Source of the DNA: Larinioides sclopetarius
Taxonomy: Eukaryota
Assembly (NCBI GenBank): GCA_964023285.1
Contig: CAXIEN010000093.1
Span: 2,375,739-2,439,738 of the forward strand
Length of the DNA: 64,000 bases
Reading direction: 5' to 3'
A program made the translations under genes and the position numbers. The notes beneath the pieces are model-generated. The model saw only the letters and a program-made list of their open reading frames with translations, was not told the DNA's origin and searched no databases. Of this stretch, positions 1 through 12,343 are shown one piece after another; position 1 is the first letter of the stretch; each line of letters opens with the position of its first letter.

Positions 1-3000
1 GAGTGTGGAGCCTGAGTGTTATTTGAAGAAAATTTGTTCACAGTTAATCCCTCTGTTGCTTTAACAAGGTTATAACTTACATTTTAAACAAATATGAGAT
101 TATGAGCTCATAATAGTATTATACTAAGTTAGATCTATAAAATAGCTGGCCTTAATTGATTCCAGTGGTAAGTTAAGGAGATATAATGTGCCATGGTTCT
201 ATCATCAGAGATGAAATGAATACTTTTCAGTTTGACAAGGTTCTATCTGCTTTTATTGTAACCAATAATCAGATGTGTCATTATTTAATTAGGTTGTTTG
301 TTGTGTATTTGGGAGCTAATTGGGATTTGTGTTCAATATTAATATTTTATGTTCCATTTTACAATGAAATTCTTTACCATAGCAGGTCTCATAGTCCTCC
401 TATTTTTCCTATGTTTTCTCAATTTAGCAGATAGCATCCTATATTTTTTGCATCTAAAATTAGATTCTATGCCAAAATTAATATTTCTATAATGTATTCT
501 CTGGAGATTTATTCTGATTTAATTGACAAAATAGCTGCATCCATAAATAATGATAAAAAGTAAAATACAATGTACTCTTGATACCTCAAAAACCTTGAAA
601 TATTTCCCCCTACAAAATTTCAGATTTCTGTAACATTAGTCTCGATTGCTATGTTGAAGAGTTTTCACTCAAAACCCCAAAAAGTCAAAAATATTTTTTT
701 TCCTTGAAAATCGCTGTTCAGCCACATTGTGACCTTCATGAAGGTATTGATACTTCCCAGAATTTGCTTCAAAAATATAATACCATTTCCTTCACACCCA
801 ATTATCGAGTGTGGAAAGTGAGTCAGGTGAAAAGCAGGAACCCTCCACAGAATCAGAGCAGTATGAAGAATGAAAGGTTTCAAAAATTCTCAACTTTTCT
901 TAAACAACAATATTTAGAAAAAAGTTAGTCTCCACACAGTTGAAGCAGAAATCGGAAGCAGAGAAGAAGTAGTAATATAACAAATATACCTATCTCTCCC
1001 AAGATGCTGAAATCTTTTGGAGAAGCCCGCAAGTTGTATAAATATTATATAGAAAAAATATTTAGAAGAAAATAAAAAGGAAAAATAAAGGGAATGGGTT
1101 TTAAATTTGAAGAGGAAATGTGATGATAATTAAAAAGTTAAGAAATCAAGAAAAAAATTTTAAAAAAGCAGTTGATTCTAGCCATTCTTTAATTAGCAAA
1201 GCTAATACAAGACTATCAAAAGCAGTTCATAATAATTTGGCGGAAGTTTGCTTTTTACAATCCCTTCAGGGTACAAAATGCTTACATAAAAGGGAGAAGA
1301 ACTCAAAAAAGTTAAATTGCAACTTAATTTGATAAAAAGAAGTTTTAAAAATAGGGCTTTTTGCTTTGTTTACATCTGTTACGTTTTCATATGTCCATTC
1401 AGCAGCTTTGAATGGAACTTGCTTGTTAAAAAATGCAGGTTTTGCCTAACGTCTCTGACAGTGTAATTTCTATAATTCCTATCTTTTCTTTATAAACTCC
1501 TATATTTTCTTCTTTTAAACTTCTAAAAAGTGCTATATTTTTTTCGCTTAGAATCCTATGATTTTTCTTTAAAACTCCTATATTTTTTATGTCCCTGCCA
1601 TAGCAACATGAAAAATAAATTTTGCTATCTAGAAACTTTCATTTATTCAACAATACTGGATCTGAAGTTGATTTCATTCTTTCTAATGAGAACAGCAATG
1701 ACTTTATAATTCAAAGTTTGAAATAAGCATTTTATGATGTAACATTAGTATGATATTTATAAAGAGTATACAATTTACTTATATAAATTTGTATATACTA
1801 CATCATAAAGCTACATCTACAAATCATAAGGGTTGTATTTTCTAACCAACTATTTTATTACCAGTCTAACTTTTTTTGGTAGGTGAAGTGGTCAATGAGT
1901 CATACCAATCTAATTATTACAATTTAAATACGAGTGCAGTGAAAACATTTCATACACAGTGGCTCAGACATTCATGATTCAGTTTAAAAATTAGGGATAG
2001 TTACAGTAAAAAGCATTTTCTTAATAAAAAGTATATCATTTGTTAACATTAAAACCAATGAAAATTAGAGTGGAATAACAAGTCAAAGTGGAAGAATGTG
2101 ATGGTATGAAAGTGAATGCCAAGCAAGTAATGAAAAAAATAGGAGAAAGATTAAATCATCAAGAAGCAAGTTTTTCTTTAAGTAACCTTTTTTGTGAAAG
2201 GAGAGGAAATAAATGCTGTGCAAATCCTTTTACTTAGGAACATTTTATGTAGTGCAAAGGCCAATATATGTTGCATATTTATCTTCAAAATCTGGAAACA
2301 AATACACCAACCCAGGATCGAAGAAAAAATGGACTTCTTAAGGAGAAAGAGTTTTAGTTTCCCAAAGGAGACGGTTTTAGAGTAACACAATACGTACATA
2401 AATTCCTTACCCGTAGTTCAGTTCCATTACTACAGAGAGAACCTGAGTATTGAGAAAATTCTATCTTCAGCAATGTTCTACTGAAAATTAAACTACTATT
2501 AGAAAATCAAAACGCTCCAAAATTTTTATTACGATATTTAACTTTGGATTTCAAACCTCAAAAAGTGACATGTTGTTTTTGCTAGAAGTTCAAAAAATAC
2601 TCACGGATGGTATAGATTATGAGTCTGATGTGCTTGTCAGGCAAAGCAAAATAAAGATTTGCTTGGAATATTATTTTACTTGCTAAATGATAATGTTGGC
2701 GTTTTTATACATGAGAAAATTAAGTATCTGCAGCATGAATCCAACTGAAGAAGTATATTGTACTTTGTGGAGTGAAAATTTATCTGAACAGGCTGTTAAT
2801 GACATTGCCAGAACTTTTCATAAATTGAATATACTAGATGAGTAAAAGGACATAACAGACTTGAACACACATGGTTGATTCATATATTCCTCTAAATCGT
2901 AATTTATGCTCCCATTTTCAAACTCAGTTCCCAATCTTTTCAAGGGTAAAACTCAAGTTAAATCAATAACAAGGAAATACTCCTTACCAGGACATTCATG

Positions 3001-3631
3001 CATCAAAAAAGTTGATAGCATTCTTAGAAACATTGATAATGACAGGAACAAGACTGGTTTCTATTCTTCAATCGGATTAATTTGAATTTAAAAAGTTGTC
3101 AATCGAAAAAGCTCATGTCATATAAATGCTACCTAATGATTTAAAAAAATTTCAGAAGTATCAAAACTTCTAAATTATATCATTCTCTAGAGTGGCAGTT
3201 TTCAAATTTACAAGAACCCTGCATTCGACGAATTTCAATACATCCCACAACAAATTAGAATTGGGAAATGTCGTAAACATTAAGATTACAAAGACTCCTA
3301 TAAGAGGCACTCAAAAGACATATTAAAAAAAGGCCGAAGAAATCTGCAGTTAGAGTGGCTTCCAAACCCACCCACCCCCAAATTAATTAAAAACTAAAGA
3401 TATATAAAACCATCATTTCGTTTATATGCAGTCTTATGGTAGAATAACAAATATTTGTAATGCTATATTACATTTCTAATACACCAAATAATGATGCATT
3501 TCTATTTATCATAATAAAGAATTCAATTTTTTTTCTATTAAATTTTTAATTGAGTTAGAACTTTGCACCACTCTATTGTAGTTTACATAAAAAACGTGTT
3601 ACTTTGACAAAGTTCTTTGTTCAGTTAGAAC

Positions 3632-6600
3632 CATGTCTCTTTCACGAAAGCTAATTGTGTTTTGTACAGTTGTCAACAAAATAAATGGGACACCTCTGTA
3701 ACTTTGGTATTTATTATCACAGCTTTACAAAACCAATGTCTATATTAATTGATCAAGAGGACAGGTTTACTTAGATAAAAAAAATTATTAACTGAGTTAA
3801 TTAATATAGTTAATTAATTGCTATCTCAAAATTTCTCCATTATGGAAGCCAAGATTTTTACATAATTGGATTCGGCACGTTTTTTTCTCTAAGTGTACCA
3901 AATTTCATTCAAAAATTCGGAATAGTTAACGAGATATTAATTAATTTGTATTGATACAAACTCCGCCTCAATTGAGACAACCCACTGAGGACCATATATT
4001 AAGTAAATTTCGTAATTAGCGTTCGTTTATTAGCGTAAAAGCAGTTGTTTCGTGTTTTTTCCAGCTGAAATTTCGTGAAATAAAACAAATTTGAATTAGA
4101 TTGATTTGCAGTATTAGCATTCTTTCAAATATTCTTTAAATTTAGAGAATTTTTGTGCATTCCATTGCTTAAAAAATATTGCATAATCTTGCCTTCCGCC
4201 CATGTCTTTTGACCCCGCCCTACTGTCATTTAGGTAACACCCAGAAGTGTGTCTTATGAATTAACAGTTTAGATTGCGATGCTTCTAAACGAAGGCTTGA
4301 TTTATTGGTTGAGGAAAGGTGATTCGAAATAGATTTTGAGCCAATGACTTTATCTAATAGGAGGAGATTACACTTTTAAGCGAAAATTATTGTTAATAGA
4401 ATAGGAAATTCATTAAATTCATTTTTTTTATTATTTGTAAAGATCTTCAGCGTTTGAATACAAAATGAGTACAGCAATAATTTTTTATCTGATTATTAGA
4501 GTAAATAATTGTTAAGATTCTAAATGGAACTATGGAAATAAATATAAACTATGGAAATAAATATAAACTATGGAAATAAATATGAATATGGAAATAGTTT
4601 ATATGAATATATAAACTATGGAAATGAATATGAATTTACTAGAAGAAATTTATTTAAATTTATTTTATCAAAAAAAAAATACATACGAATGATATTTATG
4701 GAGATAGTTATTTTTTCTATACACAAAATTTTTTCGGAAACAGAACCGTCTGTCTGTGAACTCAATTACACAAAAGTTGAACGAGTAAGAGATTTGAAAT
4801 TTGGTATGTGATGTTTATATGACGATTGTATGATTTGTTCAAATTTTGATAGAAATCTGTCTAAGAGAAATCTTTTCTAGAATTGCTCAAAAGCTCAACA
4901 AGCTAGATATATGAAATTTGGTATGAGTTTTCTTATCAAGCCTTTGTTCTGCTTCTATTTTTGGATTAATCCGTCGATGTAGAAATTATGTACTAGATAT
5001 TCTTCATTAACTAGCAATGTTTAAAGGAAATGTATTATGGAAATATATTTAAAGTCGTGAGTAGAGAACACACCCACTGGACAAACTTTTTTAATGCAGC
5101 AAATTTTAAGCCATTTACATGCAGATATTTAAAATCTGGCATATTATTAGCAAATTACAAATAACGTCATTCGAAATTGTATGATGCGCCCTGCAATATA
5201 TTTTTAGAAAAAGAAAGAAATTAGAAATGTTAATAATTTGTACATGACAAAATGATGCATGGCAGAGAGATAGACAGGAATTCTTCCCATAAATTGCGTC
5301 TCGTTAAATTTATTTTGCTTTTAGTAAAAGAAAAATAATATGCAATTAAGAGGAGCCAAACCAATTCAACCAAAATTACTATCATAATAAGATCTTTTTA
5401 TAAAAAATATTGGTTAAATATGAAATCCGTTATTCTATATAATCTAAGTACTCTATAAAACAACTAATAAAGCCAGTTAAAGTGTAAAACTTGCTTGTAT
5501 TCCGCACTTTAAGTTGTTATTTAATAGAATAAAAATCTGCGTATGTTTAAAATGTGTAAAAGCTGACATGATTAAGCTCGTTTCTTAATAAAATAATTAA
5601 TTTGTAATTTTGGCATCTGAAATGGACACAAGGGAATTTTCTTAATTTCGGTGCGGTTATATTAGCGTCCCGTTTTGAGTGCTTTTTAGGGATAATAATT
5701 AATTTTGATGATGATTTTTAATGATTAATTTTGAACCATGGTCAGATGGCGAGGACGACACTTGAGCCGCCACCATCCTCTCAAAACTTTCGTGCAACAT
5801 CAACGGGAGGACGTTTGGTCACTACGTATGATTTAGCGTGTAACACGTCCCACACACGGGGGATCTTCAGTGGAATCAGGTTTTAAACCTGCAACCCTTC
5901 GGGCACAAGGCTGAGACCTTACCATATCTTAAGTTTAAAAAAATCCTGCCAAATATGGAACTGGAATCTTTTTAGCTTAGCTAGCTTATTGAATGTAAGT
6001 TATCTACCTTTGTGCTGAACTTTGACAATATCTTAACTCCTAATACAGATATATAGAAAATTTCTATATTTTCTGAAACCAAAACGGTAGCTCCGTTGAC
6101 AATATCGAGTACCATCCGTTCCCAACAAAAAGGTATTCCTATAAATTTCTTTTCAAAACCATATAAGTCTTCACATTTCGTTTCTCAAAATTTTGCGATG
6201 AAGCGTTATTTAAATCCTTGGATTTTACAAAGGAAATTTTACTCCTTTAAAAATTGACACACCTAAGAAAAAACAAATGGAAATTGAAAGTTTCTATAAT
6301 AAAACTACTTATTTAAATAGTTTTAAGAAATTACTGTATTATTATCATTTTTGGAATAGTAAGAGAAGTATAGATTCTTTAATATATAGAGTATGACGAA
6401 TTAAGTGCAAAAATGTGGGCTTTCATTAAACAACAAATTTAAAATTTTGAAAAAATAAATTTCCTGTTCTGATAATCTGATATTTTTCTTGGTATTGCTA
6501 ATTACACTTAATCATCACAGAAAGAATGAAAAAAGGAATTTTTTTTATTCTGTAGGAATTCTGATGAATGCAAAGTTCGGTATTTGTATTTCAAGTTTTT

Positions 6601-7693
6601 AAAATCACACACAAAAACTTATATGCGGTCAAGTTTGAAACCGTGATTTTCACTGATGCGACAGGAAAATAGAAGATATAATTTATCTTTATTGATAATG
6701 TGGTTAATTGGCTGCTTATTAAATACGATTCCATAATTAAAAATTATTTCAAAAATATCATCTTAATTTGTGTAATTCAAAAGACATAGAATACATTTAA
6801 AAAAAGATAAAAGAATAATTTCTAATAATGCGAATACTTAAATAAATATAATTTAGCATCCTTTCTGTGATCAAATTTTTGTTTACAAAATGCAAAAATG
6901 AAAATTTATAAATTTTTTTTAAACTCCAATTTGCGAAAATTTAAGTCGTCTAGTCTGAAAATTAAAAAGAGTATTTGTCCAATCTCGATTTTGTAATAGT
7001 TGCAAAAACGCGTTTTACGAAGAAAGAAAATATACGGCCCCTCAAGAAATGGGCGTGACCAATCGCTTGGACGAATTTTGAGGTTTTTTGAAAATATCTC
7101 AAAAACTATGGTAGATTTTTGCACAATTTTTTGAACATCGGCGTTTTATAATCTCAGCTTTGCTCCCATGTAAAAATTTCTCTATGTTGCAATTCACTTT
7201 TTTCAAAGTCATTTTAAAAATATTTAAAAAAATATTTAATTTTTTTTATTAATGAACTTTTTTCATGAAAAAGTGTAAAAAATAATCTTCTTTAAGGGCG
7301 TGAAAATTTTTTTGAAAAATATTTAATGCTTTTTGAGATATTTCTGAAAATTCCTTAAATTCAGTTAACATGGGAAAGGCCATTTTTTTCAAAACGCTAT
7401 AACTCTAAATTATCATCACATTTGCATGAAAATTTGTAAGATGGCTAATTTTATGACGGAGATTCGATTCAGCGAAAAAAATTGATAGCCGTAATGGGAA
7501 AATTTCAAGATAGCTATTAATTAAATATATTAATTAATTCGGTTAATCAATTTTTTTATCTAAGTAAACCTCTCCTCTTGATCAATTAATATAGACACTG
7601 GTTTTGTGAAGCTGTGATAATAAATACCAAAGTTACAGAGGTGTCCCATTTAAATAGTTAACGACTGTACAAGGTTCTAACTGCATTTTGGTA
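3632..7693. mobile_element. Roughly 4.1-kb element bounded by long inverted repeats of about 220 bp and about 90% identity (arms 3632..3855 and 7480..7693).
   Basis: The arm 3640..3855 (..aaatgggacacctctgtaactttggtatttattatcacagctttacaaaacc..ttgatcaagaggacaggtttacttagataaaaaaaatt..) is the reverse complement of 7480..7690. The similarity ends at cagttagaacc on both sides. The interior holds an 18-bp tandem repeat, a GC-rich patch and no long ORF. Confidence 0.55.
4524..4625. repeat. Tandem repeat of an 18-bp unit, ctatggaaataaatataa, about 4-5 units.
   Basis: Direct reading of the sequence. It is the source of the spurious repetitive ORF 4551..4811. Confidence 0.85.
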
Positions 7694-8298
7694 TATTTAC
7701 AAGCAAAAAAAATATAATTAATTCTTTTCAAATAAACTATGTATCCTTTAATTAAAAGCAATTTACTGAAATTATTAAATTATTAATCAAATTAAATCGT
7801 GAACAACAAAGCTTTTACTTAAAACTTAAACTCGCTTTTCTGAAAAACTTGCATACATTTAGAACCTTGTCATGCCAAGGCACTGAAATATATATGTGCA
7901 GGAAAACTTTCTCTGCGCAAATTGGAAATGAAATCGAAGGAAATTTCGAATTTACTTTTGCAAACTTTTAATTTCCTGGATGATGATAAACTGATTTGGA
8001 AAACTCCAATAATGAAACTGTAGCAGCATTGAGGCCATTTTTACTTTCTTCTAAACTTGAAATGGAGAGTTATGGAATGTATAGTAACAAAGGCCGTTAT
8101 CCCCTAGTTCCTGGGTTAGACACAGAATAGTTCACACCGAATAAGCGATTTCACAGATAATGCATGCATATACAACAATGAGATAAATCATAGATTCACC
8201 AAACAAGAGGTCCGAAAATAAAAAACTTGCACGATGAGAAAACACTTGAATATCAACAAACAGGAGACGGAAGCACTAGTTGCCAATAGGATGCAGCT

Positions 8299-9660
8299 AC
8301 TTTCTTCTATAAGAAGAAAGGATTGGAATCGTGAAAACTTTCGACCTCCGTTTTTTGATGGATTTACATGTTTTGTGAGGTCCTGAACACGATTCCACAA
8401 TTTTTAAAAATTGTGTGTCTGTCTCTGTGCTGTGTCTAACACAAATTTTGTGGGCGCACTAGTACAAAAACTACTAGACAGAATTTAATGAAATTTCATA
8501 TTTAGTTGTATTTTAACATAACTTGGTGCTGATTAGATTTTGGCGTAGATCACTCAACAGGTGGCACTGCTATTCTGTTTCTTCACGATTTTTTGTATCC
8601 ACTCTACTTCAAAAACTAATAGGAGAAATTCGATGAAATTTTGTATTTAGTTTTGTCTTGACTTAAATTAACGTTCATAAAATTTTTGTGTAGATCGCTT
8701 GACAGGTGGCGCTGATATTTCAATTTTTACTTTCTCGTATAGAGAAAGTATAGTAATCGTCAAAAAATTCGAACTCGAGATTTTGGCGAACCTCCACGTT
8801 TTAGATCTCCTTGAGTCCGAAAAACACAATTTTGGAATTATGTCTGTCTGTGAACACGATAACTCAAAAACTATTATAGCTACGAAGCTGAAATTTGGTA
8901 TGTGGTCTTTTTACATGATTTGTAAGATTCTATCAAATTTTGGGCAACTTCCGCCTGTCTGTCTGTCCGCGTTCATGTGAACTCAATAACTCAAAAACTT
9001 ACATAGCTAGATAGATAAAATTTGATACACAGTTTTCTCATCATAAATGCCTGTCCGTATAAAATTTTGGGCCAAATCCGTCAAAGGGCTGACCGTCAGG
9101 CGGTCTGTATAACCCCATATTTGCAAAATTTATAGCTCTTAAACCCTTTGGTCTACATCTATAAAATTTAGTATGACTTATGCTAATAAAAAGTGTAAAC
9201 GTGTGTAAAGATTTCGCCCCATTCGATTAAGTAGAAGGGGTATAATTCATTAACCAAATTTATAATACGCATGCATGCGGAGAACGTCGTTTTGTGAGCA
9301 AATAAAAGGGTTGCTATTAGGAATTCCTAGGTGGTTTTTTCTTCCGCTTTGGTTCCGTTTTTCTCCCTTTTGGTGAATTCTGATAGCGATTGTGTTATTT
9401 TAATCACGTGAAAATGACGTTTCGCGCATAGAGCAGATTCAAAATTTTTGTCAGGTTTATAGTTCTCACAGTCGGTGGATTTTTTTTATCAACGATGGAG
9501 TATAGGAAACGGAGAATAATTCAGGGGAACTATACGAGAAAGTTTAGGGAAGGCCACTTCCACTGGTTTCATAAATTTTTCAATATTTGTTTTTAGTATA
9601 TATCGGTTTTAATCATATAATTATATAGAAGAAAGTTTTGTGATGGCCACATCATTGTAG
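8299..9660 (+). mobile_element. Family-1 hairpin-initiated repeat, copy a. An 836-bp sister element is nested inside it at 8731..9566.
   Basis: The 5' end is ctactttcttctataagaagaaagga..gaatcgtgaaaactttcgacctccgttttttgatgg. Two internal subrepeats of about 110 bp each end in gatcgct(c/t)aacaggtggcgctg. The element resumes with tttcataaatttttcaatatttgtttttagtatat...tatagaagaaagttttgtgatggccacatcattgtag at 9567..9660. Confidence 0.7.
8731..9566 (+). mobile_element. Family-2, a diverged sister of family-1, nested inside family-1 copy a.
   Basis: It starts with its own hairpin tttctcgtatagagaaagtatagtaatcgtc and a 5' region collinear with family-1 (gaactcgagattttggcgaacctccacgtttt). It ends ctatacgagaaagtttagggaaggccacttccactgg. 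Inside are gtctgtctgtgaac...ctcaaaaact...gaaatttggtatg modules, which also occur at 4735..4935. Confidence 0.5.
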
Positions 9661-9938
9661 TTTCGAATTGCTTTGGCATCCTTTAATTTTCATTCGTGGA
9701 ATTTTTTGTTTTAATTATGAACACTTATTTTTAAAGTAAATTTAATTTATTATTAATTCTTGATTTTTTTTAAATATTGATTGAATTAAGTTAGAAATTT
9801 CATGCATCACAAGTGTTTTTGACAGTTTTAATTAATGATTCTTGGTAAATACTATGTAAACTTTTATTTATATTTATCCTTTTTCTATATGTAATATCGA
9901 TAAAAATCCAATTGCATAATTCTTTAAAAAAATTTTAG

Positions 9939-10100
9939 GTTGCTCTTTATAGCCGTCAAGAACTTCATATTAGGTCTGCTTCTAATTTCCTTTTGTCTTA
10001 TGCTGCTTACCATGAGGAAACACGACCATATTTAGAAAAATATTTTGAATCGTGCACAAGATTGCCTTCAGATTGGATGGAAGTTGCTGATTTGTATCAG
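9939..10100 (+). CDS. TROVE-domain (Ro60/TEP1-family) gene, internal exon (54 codons).
   Basis: The acceptor is aaaaaattttag and the donor is CAG|GTGAAT. The open frame reads VALYSRQELHIRSASNFLLSYAAYHEETRPYLEKYFESCTRLPSDWMEVADLYQ. The order of the following exons matches the TROVE domain of Ro60. Confidence 0.55.
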
Positions 10101-10862
10101 GTGAATACAGTTTCATGTATAATTTTTTCTTAAGTAATAATTAAGATTTGTTTTCTGTGAAATTTCCATTAACATTTGTGTCTTCTTGAGAGACAAATGT
10201 ATGTTTCGAGTATGCCATGTTTAATTACTGCAATTACATGCCAGTAGTTTTTATCTTCAGTCTAGCTTGAATCTGAAAGCTAAATGGCGAATTCAATGAT
10301 TTCATTGATAAATTAATTATCAATTATTATTAATTTTAAAATATCAAAGTAGTGACACTAAATAATTGTATTGTGTTTGAGCTCATTTTGGAAAATGTTA
10401 TTTTCTTGTATGTTTGAATTGATGAATGACACATTTTAGTACAAAAGCAAATGCACTTACATCTGAGTGTACTGTACAAACATAAGTCATTAAGTCTGCT
10501 GCTCTTTTGTGTCGATTCCTTAGGTTTATTTCAAAATTGGAATTTTTTTTAGCCTTTTAATAGAGTTTTTGTGCATGAGTTGCTGAAGCAAATATTCATA
10601 TTCGAAATAATTATTCATAACAAATTATACAATGTGATATTCAAGGGTTTTTTAGAAATAAAAGTGTTTTTGTTGAATTTCTATTCGTAATTGGTGAATT
10701 TTTGTTTCACATTGAACTCTGAAACAAAGTTTTCTCATTTTGCTTCTGATTTCTTCAGTATCCAGTGTTTGTTTCTTATTGCATTTGTTTCGAAGTTTTA
10801 AGGCCTTTTATCAGTTTTTAGTTTGATATGTTTTCATGCTTAGATCAAATTCTTTTTTGTAG

Positions 10863-10959
10863 GTTTTTTCTGATTCAAGATTAAAAAACAGATCTCTGCC
10901 TTCTGCTCTAAAGAAAGTTATGGCCAAAACCTTTCCAAAATTTGATGAATATCAATTAG
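10863..10959 (+). CDS. TROVE gene exon (VFSDSRLKNRSLPSALKKVMAKTFPKFDEYQL), ending in phase 1.
   Basis: The acceptor is ttcttttttgtag and the donor is TTAG|GTATGT. The exon is in phase with its neighbours. Confidence 0.55.
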
Positions 10960-11099
10960 GTATGTTCTGAAACGCTACACTCCTGGGTTTCAAAATCAAT
11001 TGCAACTTTGACATATCTTAATTTTTATTTTATTTAAACAATAATAATTTTATATATTATGGCTGCTGTGTTTTTATTGATTCACATGACTTTCTATAG

Positions 11100-11217
11100 C
11101 TAAATACAATAGAGAGAAAAAAGCCTCCAGCACAAAAGGTTTCACTTTAAAACAGCTTATACGACTTTTACATTTGGATTCTCCTGCAAAGGAAATCATG
11201 TGCCTCCTTGGAAAAAA
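11100..11217 (+). CDS. TROVE gene exon (AKYNREKKASSTKGFTLKQLIRLLHLDSPAKEIMCLLGKK).
   Basis: The acceptor is tttctatag and the donor is AAAAA|GTATGT. The segment TKGFTLKQLIRLLHL aligns with the Ro60 segment NGWSHKDLLRLSHL as recalled from memory. Phase 1 in, phase 2 out, consistent with the flanking exons. Confidence 0.6.
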
Positions 11218-11418
11218 GTATGTGAGATTTTATAGTTTAAACTAAAATAATGTGAGATTTTCAGTTATCTTATTTAGTGATTTTCACTCATTAAAATAAA
11301 ATTTGAATATGTCTTCAGAGAAAATGAAAGTTTTCCATTTCTTTGTTGAGTTAACTGCATTGTATTTATTTTATATTCACTATTGCATATGAAATTTATT
11401 CTTAAAATGTGCATTTAG

Positions 11419-11576
11419 ATACCCAGAAACTGCAGAAGCCTTTCGAAAAAGTAAGTTGCCTGGAATATGGGATTCCAGAAGAGCTGGACAACGAATGAAA
11501 CTGCCTGTACCCGAAACATGGGAGACACAGATATCAGCTCATGGAAATAAACCTGAAATTTGGGAACAATTAATAG
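11419..11576 (+). CDS. TROVE gene exon (YPETAEAFRKSKLPGIWDSRRAGQRMKLPVPETWETQISAHGNKPEIWEQLI).
   Basis: The acceptor is gtgcatttag and the donor is ATAG|GTACAG. The frame is continuous only when spliced to the previous exon (aa+a gives K). Confidence 0.6.
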
Positions 11577-12233
11577 GTACAGCATTTGTTGTTAATTGAA
11601 CTAAATTTTCCCAATACAAAATGCAATTTTTTGATTTTTTTGTTTAATATTTAGTAGTTTTAGAAATTATAAATTTAATTAATTAAACAATTTCGTTATT
11701 ATTTAGTATAAGCTAATTATTATTAATATAAATAATGTCTTGTTATTTATTTTTTTTAGTGTCCAAAGATATTATTTCTTTCGATGTGTAATTTTTTTTA
11801 CATCAGATAAAAAGGATTCTGGAGATTAGATTGGATTGTATCATTTTTATTTTGGCATTAATATTATGTAATTGATAAATTAATCAAATTCTTCTTCAGT
11901 CCTGATAATAATTTAATAAAAATTGTATTTTTGGAGCTATTTGGCTGTCTTTAATTATATGAAAAGTATATGCTGCATTAATGAGTATTTTCAATTATAT
12001 ATGTCAAAAATATGCACACAGTAAGTTTCCTTCTTATTGTTTTTTTTCTTGTTTTAATACCTAATTCTTACTAGTAGTTGTTCCGTTTAGGCTCAGTAGA
12101 ACCATTAATAGTTTATAAAAACTATAATTCCTTTTCATTTAATAAGAATTAATTAATGTTAGAATTTTTCTGTGGTACTAGTTTTCACATTACAAAGCTT
12201 ATACAATTTTTTATCATGCTTTTCTCTATTTAG

Positions 12234-12343
12234 ACCATTCTAAACTTCCGTACATGGCTATGCTGCGCAATTTAAGAAACTTGATATTATCAGGCATTTC
12301 ACAAAAACATCATGACAAGGTGTTGAAGCATTTAAAAAGTAAA
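12234..12343 (+). CDS. TROVE gene exon (DHSKLPYMAMLRNLRNLILSGISQKHHDKVLKHLKSK).
   Basis: The acceptor is ttttctctatttag and the donor is a perfect GTAAGT. The motif LPYMAMLRNLRNL corresponds to the Ro60 motif PLTALLRNLGKM, recalled from memory. Confidence 0.65.

Noticed and set aside
2701-2838. 46-aa ORF (MRKLSICSMNPTEEVYCTLWSENLSEQAVNDIARTFHKLNILDE) ending at a GTAAAA donor-like site, considered as a missing 5' exon of the TROVE gene.
   Set aside because: The similarity to the Ro60 N-terminus is marginal. It lies 7 kb upstream with many repeats in between. Without a spliced alignment it is not reportable.
4551-4811. ORF encoding MEININYGNKYEYGN..., which looks like a repetitive protein.
   Set aside because: It is a translation of an 18-bp AT-rich tandem repeat. 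There is no splice or start context.
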